A DNA stretch of 63,965 bases, counting the filler. It is 4 parts of 4 records of this genome, joined end to end, with 100 filler letters (N's around TTAATTAATTAA, not from the genome) between each part and the next. Parts side by side here need not be neighbours in the genome. Positions count along the whole stretch, not along the records: positions 1 to 29,680 come from DRR378314_1754; positions 29,781 to 39,591 come from DRR378314_1764; 2 more parts are not named here. One strand, 5' to 3'. Positions 20,562-29,782 of this stretch are shown here, one piece after another. The translations under genes were made by a program, and so were the position numbers. Each line of letters opens with the position of its first letter. Position 1 is the stretch's first letter. Under the pieces are notes generated by a model. That model searched no databases and was not told where the DNA came from. It worked only from the letters and a program-made list of their open reading frames with translations.

Positions 20562-21293
20562 TCAACTAAGTAGCACCCAGAAACCAGCAGCTATCATGAA
20601 TATGTTTTCGGTGAGTGAAATAAATCCCAGAGGTACATTACTATCACCACCAACACACGCGCACTTGAGTTCTCGCTTGTCTATATACACGGCTTTAAAT
20701 ACAGATACCGCACCTATCAGACCAATAAATAACGCAAAGGGTGCAACTACATAAGCGGGCAATTCAGTTACCATGCCAACTGCCACATAAGCTTCTATAA
20801 ACGGATAAACATAAGCATAAGGCACAACCCGCATGGCGAGTAAATCATAGGTAATAAATGAGTTTGAAAAGCGATATAAATCTTGCAGCTTTTGAATGGC
20901 TAAAACTGCCATCGATAGTGCAATAAACAGCATTAAGTTTTGCATCGACAATAAAGTATCGCCACTGGCATAGCTCAATCCACAGCTAAGTAACAGAGTG
21001 ACTGCAAATATAGCTAATACTGGGGTGTAACTTGTGCCTTGTTGCCCAGCTTTGGCCAGATTGAAAAAGTCGCGCAACTCATCGTAGCCACCAATACGTT
21101 TATCATCAATAAAGGTCTGCGGGGTAGTTTTTACATCATGTTTTTCTTTAAACGCATCTGTTTGTTCACGATCGGTGAGTAGGTGATCTTCTACCTCATA
21201 ACCCTCACGTTTTAATAAATCTTTTGACTTTAAACCAAATGGACAAATATGCTCATCAGTCGCCATGCGATATAAAATTGCTGACTTAGACAT
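20562..21293 (-). CDS. Glutaredoxin-MauE/DoxX fusion membrane protein
   Basis: Grx domain (CPFG, TTPQTFI...IGGYDEL) followed by TMs, F..YDLLA and CACVGG (MauE-like). Start 21293 or 21317. Confidence 0.85.
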   Translation of the reverse strand: MSKSAILYRMATDEHICPFGLKSKDLLKREGYEVEDHLLTDREQTDAFKEKHDVKTTPQTFIDDKRIGGYDELRDFFNLAKAGQQGTSYTPVLAIFAVTLLLSCGLSYASGDTLLSMQNLMLFIALSMAVLAIQKLQDLYRFSNSFITYDLLAMRVVPYAYVYPFIEAYVAVGMVTELPAYVVAPFALFIGLIGAVSVFKAVYIDKRELKCACVGGDSNVPLGFISLTENIFMIAAGFWVLLS

Positions 21294-21411
21294 AGTGGTT
21301 CCTTGTAAAAATGTCATTGTTTACTGCGCAACTTTTGCTTGCTAGCACAGTAAACATAAGAAAGTGATGCTATAAGTTAATAGTTACAAAATTTATGCCA
21401 GTTAATTTCCT

Positions 21412-23190
21412 TTACTTGGTGATTTTTAATATCGCGTTCATCACAGGATCAATACCTGCAAAATAGTCTTTAGCAGAAAGTGATATCGGCATGTCTGGCG
21501 CTATCCATATGCGGTGATCTTCAGCACGACTTTGCTGGTGGAACTGGCTCGAAATAAGCCCCGTTTGTTTACTATAGGGGAGGTTAAACCAGCCCGCTTC
21601 TCCTGCTACATTAGGGCGAGTTCCTGATGGTTCACCAACAAAAATTGTCGGTACTATATTGGCAATTTTAACGGCAAAGTCATGACCTGCCGAAAACGTG
21701 TTGCGGCCGATTAGTATAAATAACTTACCTTGTGGTTTTAATACTTTAAAGAATGCTGCTGTCGCGACTAAAGGTGGTGTGAGTGAGCCATTGCCCCCAC
21801 TATTATGGCGAAGATCTAGCACCATGTGCTCAATGTCGCCTTGCTTTATTTTCGCTTGCAGTTGCTTTGCAAATGCTGCCAGTGTGAGATCTTTACTATT
21901 ACGCACATCATTGAATTGCACATACATTAATCTATTTGCTTTTATTTGCTCGCTCCAAAATGGCGTGGTGTTTTGCGCTAAGTAACGAAGCGTAGGGTGT
22001 TCAGCAAGCATTGGTAATTTAGGAAAGCCTGCAAATTGCATCGATTTTATTGCTGGCGTAATCGTGATAATGGCTCTTTTCGGTGAGCTTAACGTGAGTG
22101 TTACCTTGTTGCCTTTGATAATGCCAAGCCCGTTTAGCACATCAAGTAAACTTAAATAATATGGGCCTAACCAAAGGGTTTGCATTTCATTATCGCGAGC
22201 ATTAACACGTTTGGTTAACTCAAGGGCTTGGTCGGCTGGTGTATCGGCAAATGCTTCAACTTTATAGCCAATATATTGCTGATAATCGCTACTGGCTTTG
22301 GTGATGTATAAGCCATCACTAAATTGATAAAACTGAAATGGCAATTGCTGAAAGTTGCCTTTTTCACCCCATGCTGGGATCAATAGATTATGACCATTAC
22401 CAAGTAGTGCGATTAACTCCATAAACTGAAAAATAATTTGCTGATCAGTTAGGTTAGGAATTGCTTTATCAATGTCAGCTACTTTAACTGCAAACTGTTG
22501 TGGGCTCATATTTTGGTACATTGCCACGTGTAAACGTTTAATCTCCGCGACTAAAAACGCTAAATCGGCGCGCCATTTTTGATCTCGATTGAGTTTAGTC
22601 TCAAGGTTACTGCCTGCAAGTGATTTAAAGCTGGCTGATTGAGCAAAACGCTCAAAGTGAGGATTAGCACCTGATTTAAATAAGCTGGTGCCTGAAAGTG
22701 TTGGGCGGTCGTCCCATCTGGCTGTCAGTGCTGTTTTGAGCCACTTTTGTGCTTGTTGCTGATCATCAAGTTCTGCATAGGATTCAGCAATTTTGACCAT
22801 TAAATCATTTGGGTTACTCGCCCCATTTGGAATGCCTTTTAAGTTAGTGCCTATTGAAAGTGCACGTTTCAAAGCATTGCTGGCATTGTGGTAATCAGCT
22901 AATTGAAAGTAACTAAGTCCAAGTAAATACCAAGTATCACCATCATCTTGATATTCATTGCTGAGCTGCTTTGTGAGTTTACTCACCTCAGCCCAATTTT
23001 GTTGTTTAGCAAACTGTATTGCGGCTGTTTTTGATTGAAAGTATGCGATTGGGTCGGTTGCACCCGTGCTATTAGGTTTAATTGTTAAGGCTTGGTTAGT
23101 CACCTCTAGTGAATGATTAGTTGCCAAGGCAAAGCCCGAAAAATTAATTAATAGGCAAAGTGTGAGTAGTAAAAAATATGACTTGTACAT
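21412..23190 (-). CDS. Secreted TPR + S41-family (tail-specific protease-like) peptidase
   Basis: Signal peptide, TPR (WYLLG.SY..L..Y..A...L.RAL), S41 motifs LDLR.NSGG, TFSA, VGEPSG, I.PD. Confidence 0.8.
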   Translation of the reverse strand: MYKSYFLLLTLCLLINFSGFALATNHSLEVTNQALTIKPNSTGATDPIAYFQSKTAAIQFAKQQNWAEVSKLTKQLSNEYQDDGDTWYLLGLSYFQLADYHNASNALKRALSIGTNLKGIPNGASNPNDLMVKIAESYAELDDQQQAQKWLKTALTARWDDRPTLSGTSLFKSGANPHFERFAQSASFKSLAGSNLETKLNRDQKWRADLAFLVAEIKRLHVAMYQNMSPQQFAVKVADIDKAIPNLTDQQIIFQFMELIALLGNGHNLLIPAWGEKGNFQQLPFQFYQFSDGLYITKASSDYQQYIGYKVEAFADTPADQALELTKRVNARDNEMQTLWLGPYYLSLLDVLNGLGIIKGNKVTLTLSSPKRAIITITPAIKSMQFAGFPKLPMLAEHPTLRYLAQNTTPFWSEQIKANRLMYVQFNDVRNSKDLTLAAFAKQLQAKIKQGDIEHMVLDLRHNSGGNGSLTPPLVATAAFFKVLKPQGKLFILIGRNTFSAGHDFAVKIANIVPTIFVGEPSGTRPNVAGEAGWFNLPYSKQTGLISSQFHQQSRAEDHRIWIAPDMPISLSAKDYFAGIDPVMNAILKITK

Positions 23191-23240
23191 TTGGAATCTC
23201 AAAGCTGTTTTTTTGTATAAACTAGCTTTTAGGCTGCTAA

Positions 23241-23272
23241 CAAGCGTCCTAAAACAGGATTTAGGACGTTTG
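23241..23272. promoter_or_regulatory. Inverted repeat CGTCCTAAA-N6-TTTAGGACG between the AraC gene and the peptidase gene (operator or terminator)
   Basis: Perfect 9-bp arms at 23245-23253 and 23260-23268, extendable by 4 bp with one mismatch. Confidence 0.55.
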
Positions 23273-23281
23273 CTGTCTGTT

Positions 23282-24328
23282 TTATGTTCGATTTTTCAAA
23301 GTTTGCTTCTTAAATTGACTCGGCGTTAATCCCGTTTCTTTTTTAAACACGGCATTAAAAGTCGATTTAGAGTTAAAGCCAGCTTGAAATGCCAGCTCTA
23401 TTAGACTGAATTTTTGAGGTGAATTTTGTTCTATTTCGCGTTTAACATCATTCACTCTGTGCTGGTTGATGTACTCACAAAAATTGTTCCCCTTTGTACT
23501 GTTAATAGCCCAAGATATTTCTTTACTGCCGAGCCCAGTTTGATTTGCTAAGTCGTTAAGTGACAGCCTAGGTTGTCGGTAAAGGGACTCGTTAATAATC
23601 AAGCTATCAATGGTTGAGAAAATTTGCTGCGCAAGTTGCTCGTCAGACGAATCAGCTTGTTCAGCTTCGGGTTCTTCAGGCAATGCGATGGGCTCGAATT
23701 GAAAGCTATTTTTAATAGTGTGAAACAACAAAAAGCTAAACATCAGTAGTAACAGTATTTCGTTTAATAAATACCAGTGCATCTTTAAATCGAGCGGCGT
23801 GATAGGTTGCACATTCATGCGCAGCAAATCGAATACGACAATAATGGCAAAAATAAATAATGCCTTGATCAGCCACTTTAATTTAAGGCTCTCAGCATCA
23901 GAGCGCGCATGCATCAGTTGTTTGTGATAGCGCTTTAAAGTGCCATAAGCAAAGTAAAAGTAGGTTAGTTGACTAAGTGAACCAAGTAAAATGATCAATT
24001 GAGTGTAGTGGGTAAAGACCAATGAAATGCCGGCAGGAATTAAGTGAACCGTGTAGTGTGATGTTTTAAAGGGCTGCTTACCTGTAATCGACAAGGTAAA
24101 AAAGTAAATCATTGGCCCATACAGTAATGTGAACGCTGGAGTGATTAAATAACTAGAAAGCCCTAAACCCTCTAACAGATTAAAGGCGCACACACAGCCT
24201 TGAAATAAAAAAAGGAATACTAAGGAGCGATTTTGTTTTTGACTATGTATTAATAATGCGCCAAATAACATTTGAAATAAAAAGATACTCTGAACAAGGT
24301 GAACTGGGTATAAAGTGATTGATTGCAA
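23282..24328 (-). CDS. Membrane-bound AraC-family transcriptional regulator
   Basis: About 6 N-terminal TMs (LLYGP.IYF, HLIP); C-terminal AraC HTH (L.L.DLA, F.EYIN.HRV, AGFNSKSTFN.VFKK.TG.TPS). Confidence 0.92.
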   Translation of the reverse strand: MQSITLYPVHLVQSIFLFQMLFGALLIHSQKQNRSLVFLFLFQGCVCAFNLLEGLGLSSYLITPAFTLLYGPMIYFFTLSITGKQPFKTSHYTVHLIPAGISLVFTHYTQLIILLGSLSQLTYFYFAYGTLKRYHKQLMHARSDAESLKLKWLIKALFIFAIIVVFDLLRMNVQPITPLDLKMHWYLLNEILLLLMFSFLLFHTIKNSFQFEPIALPEEPEAEQADSSDEQLAQQIFSTIDSLIINESLYRQPRLSLNDLANQTGLGSKEISWAINSTKGNNFCEYINQHRVNDVKREIEQNSPQKFSLIELAFQAGFNSKSTFNAVFKKETGLTPSQFKKQTLKNRT

Positions 24329-24395
24329 GGTAGTTTACGTTTTTATTATTTTGACTAAGTTTAACAACTTGCCATCATTTTGTAATTATGAACAT

Positions 24396-24426
24396 AAAAA
24401 ACCTTGTGGCAGTCCCACAAGGTTTT
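24396..24426 (-). terminator. Rho-independent terminator of gor
   Basis: AAAACCTTGTGG-CAGTC-CCACAAGGTTTT with a T-run on the minus strand. Confidence 0.8.
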
Positions 24427-24443
24427 CAAGATTTGCACAAAGC

Positions 24444-25805
24444 TTATCTCATAGTAACAAACTCTTCAGACCCAGTAGGGTGCAGGGCAACCGTTGAATC
24501 AAAATCAGCTTTGGTTGCGCCCATTTTCATGGCAACGGCAAAACCTTGGATCATTTCATCAACTGTAAAACCAATACCGTGTAGGCCAACCACTTTTTCA
24601 TCAGGGCCTGCGCAAACTAGCATCATATTACAGGCTTGGCGATGCTGGGTAACGGCGGTGTACATAGCGGCAAAGCTCGATTTATACACTTTTACGTTTT
24701 CTGCGCCGTATTGCGAAATGGCTTCTTGTTCAGTTACACCTATAGTGCCAATTGGCGGGTGGCTAAATACCACGGTAGGAACTAGGTTATAATCCATCTT
24801 CAAATCATCAGGGAGGTCTTTGTTAAATAAACGCTCTGATAAAGTGCGGCCTGCCTTGATTGCAACCGGTGTTAGTTCAATGCCGTTTTCGATAATATCA
24901 CCTACCGCATATACGTTCTCTGCTGTGGTGTTTTGGTATTCATCAACCTTTACATAGCCACTTTCGTTCACTTCAACACCCGCAGCGGCAAGGTTAATTT
25001 TATCGGTTGTTGGCGTGCGGCCAATAGCCCAAATAACTTCGTCAACGTTTTGGCTGTAGCCATTCTCAAAGTGGATAGTTAAGCTACCATCGCTTTCTTT
25101 AACCACTTCTTTTGGTGAACATTCGGTATGCAGCGTAGGGCCTTCTTTAGCCATGATATCGACGAGTGTGTCGATGATATATGGGTCGAATGAACGCAGT
25201 GGTTTGTTTTTACGCACGAATAAATGAGTTTCTGTGCCAAGGCTGTGTAATACACCTGCAATCTCAACGGCAATATAACCGGCGCCAACAACAGCAACGC
25301 GTTTAGGCTGCTCATTGAGCTCAAAAAAGCCGTTAGAGTCAATACCGTGCTCTGCACCCGGTATATTAGGAATAGTAGGGCGACCACCTACTGCAACAAG
25401 AATATGATCAGCGGTGTAAAGCTCGCCGTTTACTTCAACTGTTTTATTATCTACAAATTTAGCGAAACCGTTAATAACGGTTACACCATTACTTGCAAGG
25501 TACTTATTATAACCTTGGTGAATACGACCAATATAGGCTTCGCGACTTTCAACTAGTTTAGCCCAGTTGAAGCTTTTTAGTTCTACATCAAAGCCGTAAT
25601 CTGGGGCATATGCATTAATCGCTTCGGCAATTTGTGCACCGTGCCACATTACTTTTTTAGGCACGCAACCCACGTTTACACAGGTACCACCCATGTGTTG
25701 TGCTTCAATTAGTGCGACCTTTGCGCCACGCATAGCTGCGCGGTTAGCCGAGCCGATTCCGCCGCTACCGCCACCAATTGCAATGTAATCAAAATGCTGA
25801 GCCAT
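24444..25805 (-). CDS. gor: Glutathione-disulfide reductase
   Basis: [39 protein letters not shown]. Confidence 0.98.
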   Translation of the reverse strand: MAQHFDYIAIGGGSGGIGSANRAAMRGAKVALIEAQHMGGTCVNVGCVPKKVMWHGAQIAEAINAYAPDYGFDVELKSFNWAKLVESREAYIGRIHQGYNKYLASNGVTVINGFAKFVDNKTVEVNGELYTADHILVAVGGRPTIPNIPGAEHGIDSNGFFELNEQPKRVAVVGAGYIAVEIAGVLHSLGTETHLFVRKNKPLRSFDPYIIDTLVDIMAKEGPTLHTECSPKEVVKESDGSLTIHFENGYSQNVDEVIWAIGRTPTTDKINLAAAGVEVNESGYVKVDEYQNTTAENVYAVGDIIENGIELTPVAIKAGRTLSERLFNKDLPDDLKMDYNLVPTVVFSHPPIGTIGVTEQEAISQYGAENVKVYKSSFAAMYTAVTQHRQACNMMLVCAGPDEKVVGLHGIGFTVDEMIQGFAVAMKMGATKADFDSTVALHPTGSEEFVTMR

Positions 25806-25937
25806 TTTTAGTCCTCAAGTTTATATAAAACGTATTTAATCCGATAATAACACATGGAAGACCCGTTAAAAGCCCCTTGTATTTCAAGCGCTGTGCCCCA
25901 ACTTAAAAATCATATTCGAAACGATTTGAGAGCTAAA

Positions 25938-27989
25938 ATGAGCGATTTACAAAATAACCCACTAGTAGGCCTTGAAGGCTTGCCACCGTTTTCAAAAATT
26001 AAGCCTGACCATGTTGTTCCTGCACTCAAAGCCGGTATTGATGAATGTCGTTCAAAGATAGATGAAGTGTTGGCTAATAAGTCGTTCACTTGGCAGGACC
26101 TCGTTTTACCACTTGAAGAAGTAGACGATAAACTTTCACGCATGTTTTCTCCTGTTTCACACATGAACTCAGTGGTGAATTCAGATGAGCTACGTGAAGC
26201 GTATGAACAATGCTTACCTATTATCTCAGAGTATTCAACGTTTGTTGGTCAGCATCAGGGTTTATACGATGCTTATAATACGCTGTATAACAGCGATGAA
26301 TTTAAAACCTTGAGCACCGCTCAGCAAAAATCAATTACTAATGCATTGCGTGATTTTGAACTTTCGGGCATTGCCCTTGAGCCCGCGCAACAAAAACGGT
26401 ATGGCGAAATTAGCGCGCGTTTATCTGAACTTGCAGCTAAGTTTGGTAATAACGTGATGGATGCAACGCTTGCGTGGCAAAAGCATATAACAGATGAAAC
26501 ACAGCTTGCAGGTTTACCCGAGTCAGCATTAGCACTGGCAGCTGATACCGCAAAAAGCAAAGATTTAGATGGTTGGTTATTCACGTTAGATTTTCCATCC
26601 TATTTACCAGTAATGACTTACGCTGATAGCCGCGAATTACGTGAAGAAACGTACACTGCATTTGTTACTCGCGCATCAGACAAAGGGCCCAATGCGGGGG
26701 AATTTGATAATTCAGCAATTATGAGTGAAGAACTTGCGCTGCGCCATGAACTTGCTCAATTACTGGGTTTTGAAAGTTATGCCGAAAAATCATTGGCGAC
26801 TAAAATGGCTGAAACACCAGAGCAAGTTTTTTCATTTTTAGAAGACTTAGCTGCAAAATCAAAACCACAAGCAGAGCAAGAGTTAGCAGAGTTACAGGCC
26901 TACGCTAAAGACAAGCATGGTATTGATGAACTTGCTGCATGGGACTATGGTTACTACGGTGAGAAGCTAAAGCAAGAAAAGTACGCGATATCAGATGAAG
27001 TATTGCGCCCTTACTTTCCAGCAAATAAAGTCTTGAGTGGCTTATTTGAAACTGTAAACCGCCTATTTGGTATTACGGTAAAAGAAGTCGCTGATGTAGA
27101 TACTTATCACAAAGATGTGCGCTTTTTTGAAATTTACGACAGCAGCAATACTCTACGTGGGCGTTTTTACCTGGATTTATACGCACGCGATCATAAGCGT
27201 GGCGGCGCGTGGATGGATGATTGCATGGGTCGAAAGGTGCGTGCTAATGGTGAGTTGCAAACACCTGTTGCTTACTTAGTATGTAACTTTAATAAAGCGG
27301 TTGGCGATAAACCTGCATTATTCACTCACAACGAAGTGACTACTTTGTTTCATGAGTTTGGCCATGGTATCCACCATATGCTTACTCAAGTTGAAGCGGC
27401 GCCAGTTGCGGGTATTAACGGCGTTGCTTGGGATGCAGTGGAGCTACCGAGTCAATTTTTAGAAAACTGGTGCTATGAAGAAGAGGCACTTAACTTTATT
27501 TCAGGCCACTATGAAACTGGCGAACCATTGCCTAAAGAGCTACTTGATAAACTGTTAGCCGCTAAAAATTACAATTCAGGCATGCAAATGCTGCGTCAAA
27601 TTGAATTCTCATTGTTCGACTTTAGAATCCACAATGATTATAAAGCGGGTGAAGAGTGCCAAATTCAAGCGCGCTTAGACGAAGTGCGCAGCCATACCTC
27701 AGTTGTTAAACCGCCAGAATTTAACCGCTTCCAACATGGTTTTAGTCATATTTTTGCTGGTGGCTATAGCGCTGGTTACTACTCGTATAAATGGGCTGAA
27801 GTACTCTCAGCTGATGCCTTCTCACGGTTTGAAGAAGAAGGTATTTTTAATGCTACAACAGGACAGTTATTCCTAGAGAATATTTTGGAAAAAGGGGGCA
27901 GCGAAGAGCCAATGGAATTATTTAAAGCGTTCCGTGGCCGCGAGCCAAATGTCGATGCACTTTTACGTCATAGTGGTATTGCCTCGTAA
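25938..27989 (+). CDS. prlC: Oligopeptidase A (M3)
   Basis: KRGGAWM, HEFGHGIHH, DAVELPSQ, GGYSAGYYSYKWAEVL. ATG at 25938 preferred over 25854. Confidence 0.97.
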   Translation: MSDLQNNPLVGLEGLPPFSKIKPDHVVPALKAGIDECRSKIDEVLANKSFTWQDLVLPLEEVDDKLSRMFSPVSHMNSVVNSDELREAYEQCLPIISEYSTFVGQHQGLYDAYNTLYNSDEFKTLSTAQQKSITNALRDFELSGIALEPAQQKRYGEISARLSELAAKFGNNVMDATLAWQKHITDETQLAGLPESALALAADTAKSKDLDGWLFTLDFPSYLPVMTYADSRELREETYTAFVTRASDKGPNAGEFDNSAIMSEELALRHELAQLLGFESYAEKSLATKMAETPEQVFSFLEDLAAKSKPQAEQELAELQAYAKDKHGIDELAAWDYGYYGEKLKQEKYAISDEVLRPYFPANKVLSGLFETVNRLFGITVKEVADVDTYHKDVRFFEIYDSSNTLRGRFYLDLYARDHKRGGAWMDDCMGRKVRANGELQTPVAYLVCNFNKAVGDKPALFTHNEVTTLFHEFGHGIHHMLTQVEAAPVAGINGVAWDAVELPSQFLENWCYEEEALNFISGHYETGEPLPKELLDKLLAAKNYNSGMQMLRQIEFSLFDFRIHNDYKAGEECQIQARLDEVRSHTSVVKPPEFNRFQHGFSHIFAGGYSAGYYSYKWAEVLSADAFSRFEEEGIFNATTGQLFLENILEKGGSEEPMELFKAFRGREPNVDALLRHSGIAS

Positions 27990-28004
27990 GCACAATAAAA
28001 TATT

Positions 28005-28030
28005 AAAAGCGCCGAACTGGCGCTTTTTTT
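28005..28030 (+). terminator. Rho-independent terminator of prlC
   Basis: AAAAGCGCC-GAACT-GGCGCTTTTTTT. Confidence 0.85.
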
Positions 28031-28118
28031 GTTTTAAAGCAGAAAAAACAAATAAATTATCGCAAAATCAGTGCTCCGTACTATGCTTTTTAAGTGAGTG
28101 ACAATAATGGAGCAAGGT

Positions 28119-29300
28119 ATGTCAAAACTGGTTTTAGCAATTGATGATGATAAATACGTACACCGTGTTATAGAAGAGTCTTTAGCGGGGTTTTGTAAAA
28201 TCATACATGCTAAAAATGGTGAGGAAGGACTTAGACAAGCAAAAAAGTATAATCCCGATATTATATTACTTGATGTGGAAATGCCTGGTAAAACAGGTTA
28301 CGAAGTTTGTAGAGAGCTCAAATCACTCGAACAAACAAAAGACACACCAATTATGTTTTTGTCTGGCAGAAGCGCACTGCCAGAGCGCGTAAAAGGCTAC
28401 AACTCTGGGGCTGCTGATTATATTGTTAAGCCATTCAATGCAGAAGAACTCATTGCGCGGATCCGTGTGTTGTATGAGTATCGACAGCACTCTATTAAAT
28501 TAAAAAGTGATATTGAACGGGCGCAAATTACTGCTGAAATTGCGATGACCGATTCAGGTGATATGGGTCGCATAATGCGTTACGTCGGTCAGACTTATCA
28601 TGCCCATGATGTAGATACTCTATCGAACTACTTTTTTGATTTTTTTAAACCGTTAAATTTAGATGTGGTTGCGGCATTTTGGTATGAAGAAGTGGGGGTA
28701 TTTCATAGCGCTGAAGGTGCGGTGTGTCCACTGGAGCAAGAGCTATTAGAAAAGCATCGCCATGCTAATCGTTTTGTAGATTTTAGCAGCCGCACGATTG
28801 TTAACTACCCCAAAGTGTCGATTTTGATTAAAAACATGCCGCTGGATGATGTTGCTTTATATGGCCGGTTCAAAGATTTATTTCCTCATATTTTAGAGGT
28901 TACTAACGCTAAAATCCAAGATATGGAAGTCAATGAAAAAGCTTTATCCCAAGCGCATACAATTGGTAATGCCTTTAGTGAGCTTTCATCGCAAATGTAC
29001 AAAAATAGCGATGCGCGCGATATGGCAACGGCAAAGTTTGCAACACAATTAGATGAACTACGTAAAACCATTGAGCAACACCCTGCATTGGCAGATAATC
29101 AAACACTACGTTCACAAATAGAGCAGCTAGTAAAAACACAGCTGGCTTTCGGCGTACTTAACGAAGACCTTACATATATTAAGTATCAACTAAATCACAT
29201 TATTGAATCACGTAATGAGTTAATTTTAAGCTTAAGCAAAATAGCAGAGCCTGAGCACACCGATGACATTACCTCACAAACAGATATTGAGCTATTTTAG
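28119..29300 (+). CDS. Orphan response regulator (REC + uncharacterised C-terminal region)
   Basis: REC motifs IDDD, LLDVEMP, FLSG, KPF. No HTH, GGDEF or HisKA recognisable in the C-terminal ~270 aa. Start lies between 28098 and 28119. Confidence 0.85.
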   Translation: MSKLVLAIDDDKYVHRVIEESLAGFCKIIHAKNGEEGLRQAKKYNPDIILLDVEMPGKTGYEVCRELKSLEQTKDTPIMFLSGRSALPERVKGYNSGAADYIVKPFNAEELIARIRVLYEYRQHSIKLKSDIERAQITAEIAMTDSGDMGRIMRYVGQTYHAHDVDTLSNYFFDFFKPLNLDVVAAFWYEEVGVFHSAEGAVCPLEQELLEKHRHANRFVDFSSRTIVNYPKVSILIKNMPLDDVALYGRFKDLFPHILEVTNAKIQDMEVNEKALSQAHTIGNAFSELSSQMYKNSDARDMATAKFATQLDELRKTIEQHPALADNQTLRSQIEQLVKTQLAFGVLNEDLTYIKYQLNHIIESRNELILSLSKIAEPEHTDDITSQTDIELF

Positions 29301-29357
29301 TGCTATAGATAGTGGCAGTTGATATACTTCGCATGCTATTCATGGTCGGAGTTTATT

Positions 29358-29680
29358 TTGGTTATACAGTGTTCTTTTAAAGAAATGCGCACATATCTTA
29401 ACGAGTTAGAGCAGCGCTTTGGACTGGAAAGTTGGGCCGCCCAACAAACTGGGTTTGCGTTGCGTTATGACGAGAAAGGGTTGAGCTTATATAAAACTGA
29501 TGAACCAAAGCTTGGGGCGATATCCGTCGATTTTGTTACTGGGGCGGCCGCTCATCGACGTAAATTTGGGGGTGGTAAAGGGCAATCAATCGCAAAGGCG
29601 GTGGGCTTAAACAAAGGGGCAACCCCTGTCGTTTTAGATGCTACTGCAGGTTTAGGTCGAGATGGATTTGTTTTAGCCTC
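29358..29680 (+). CDS. rsmJ: 16S rRNA m2G1516 methyltransferase RsmJ, partial (contig end)
   Basis: [23 protein letters not shown]...[19 protein letters not shown] at 29358 after GGAG. Confidence 0.93.
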
Positions 29681-29780
29681 NNNNNNNNNNNNNNNNNNNN
29701 NNNNNNNNNNNNNNNNNNNNNNNNTTAATTAATTAANNNNNNNNNNNNNNNNNNNNNNNNNNNNNNNNNNNNNNNNNNNN
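29681..29780. other. Artificial contig spacer (N44-TTAATTAATTAA-N44)
   Basis: Stops-in-all-frames linker at 29725-29736; base composition and gene style change across it. Confidence 0.97.
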
Positions 29781-29782
29781 AC

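Noticed and set aside
29358..29680. rsmJ (likewise lrp, carB, dnaG, rsmA) as pseudogenes
   Set aside because: They are cut only at contig or window boundaries, with no internal stops or frameshifts.
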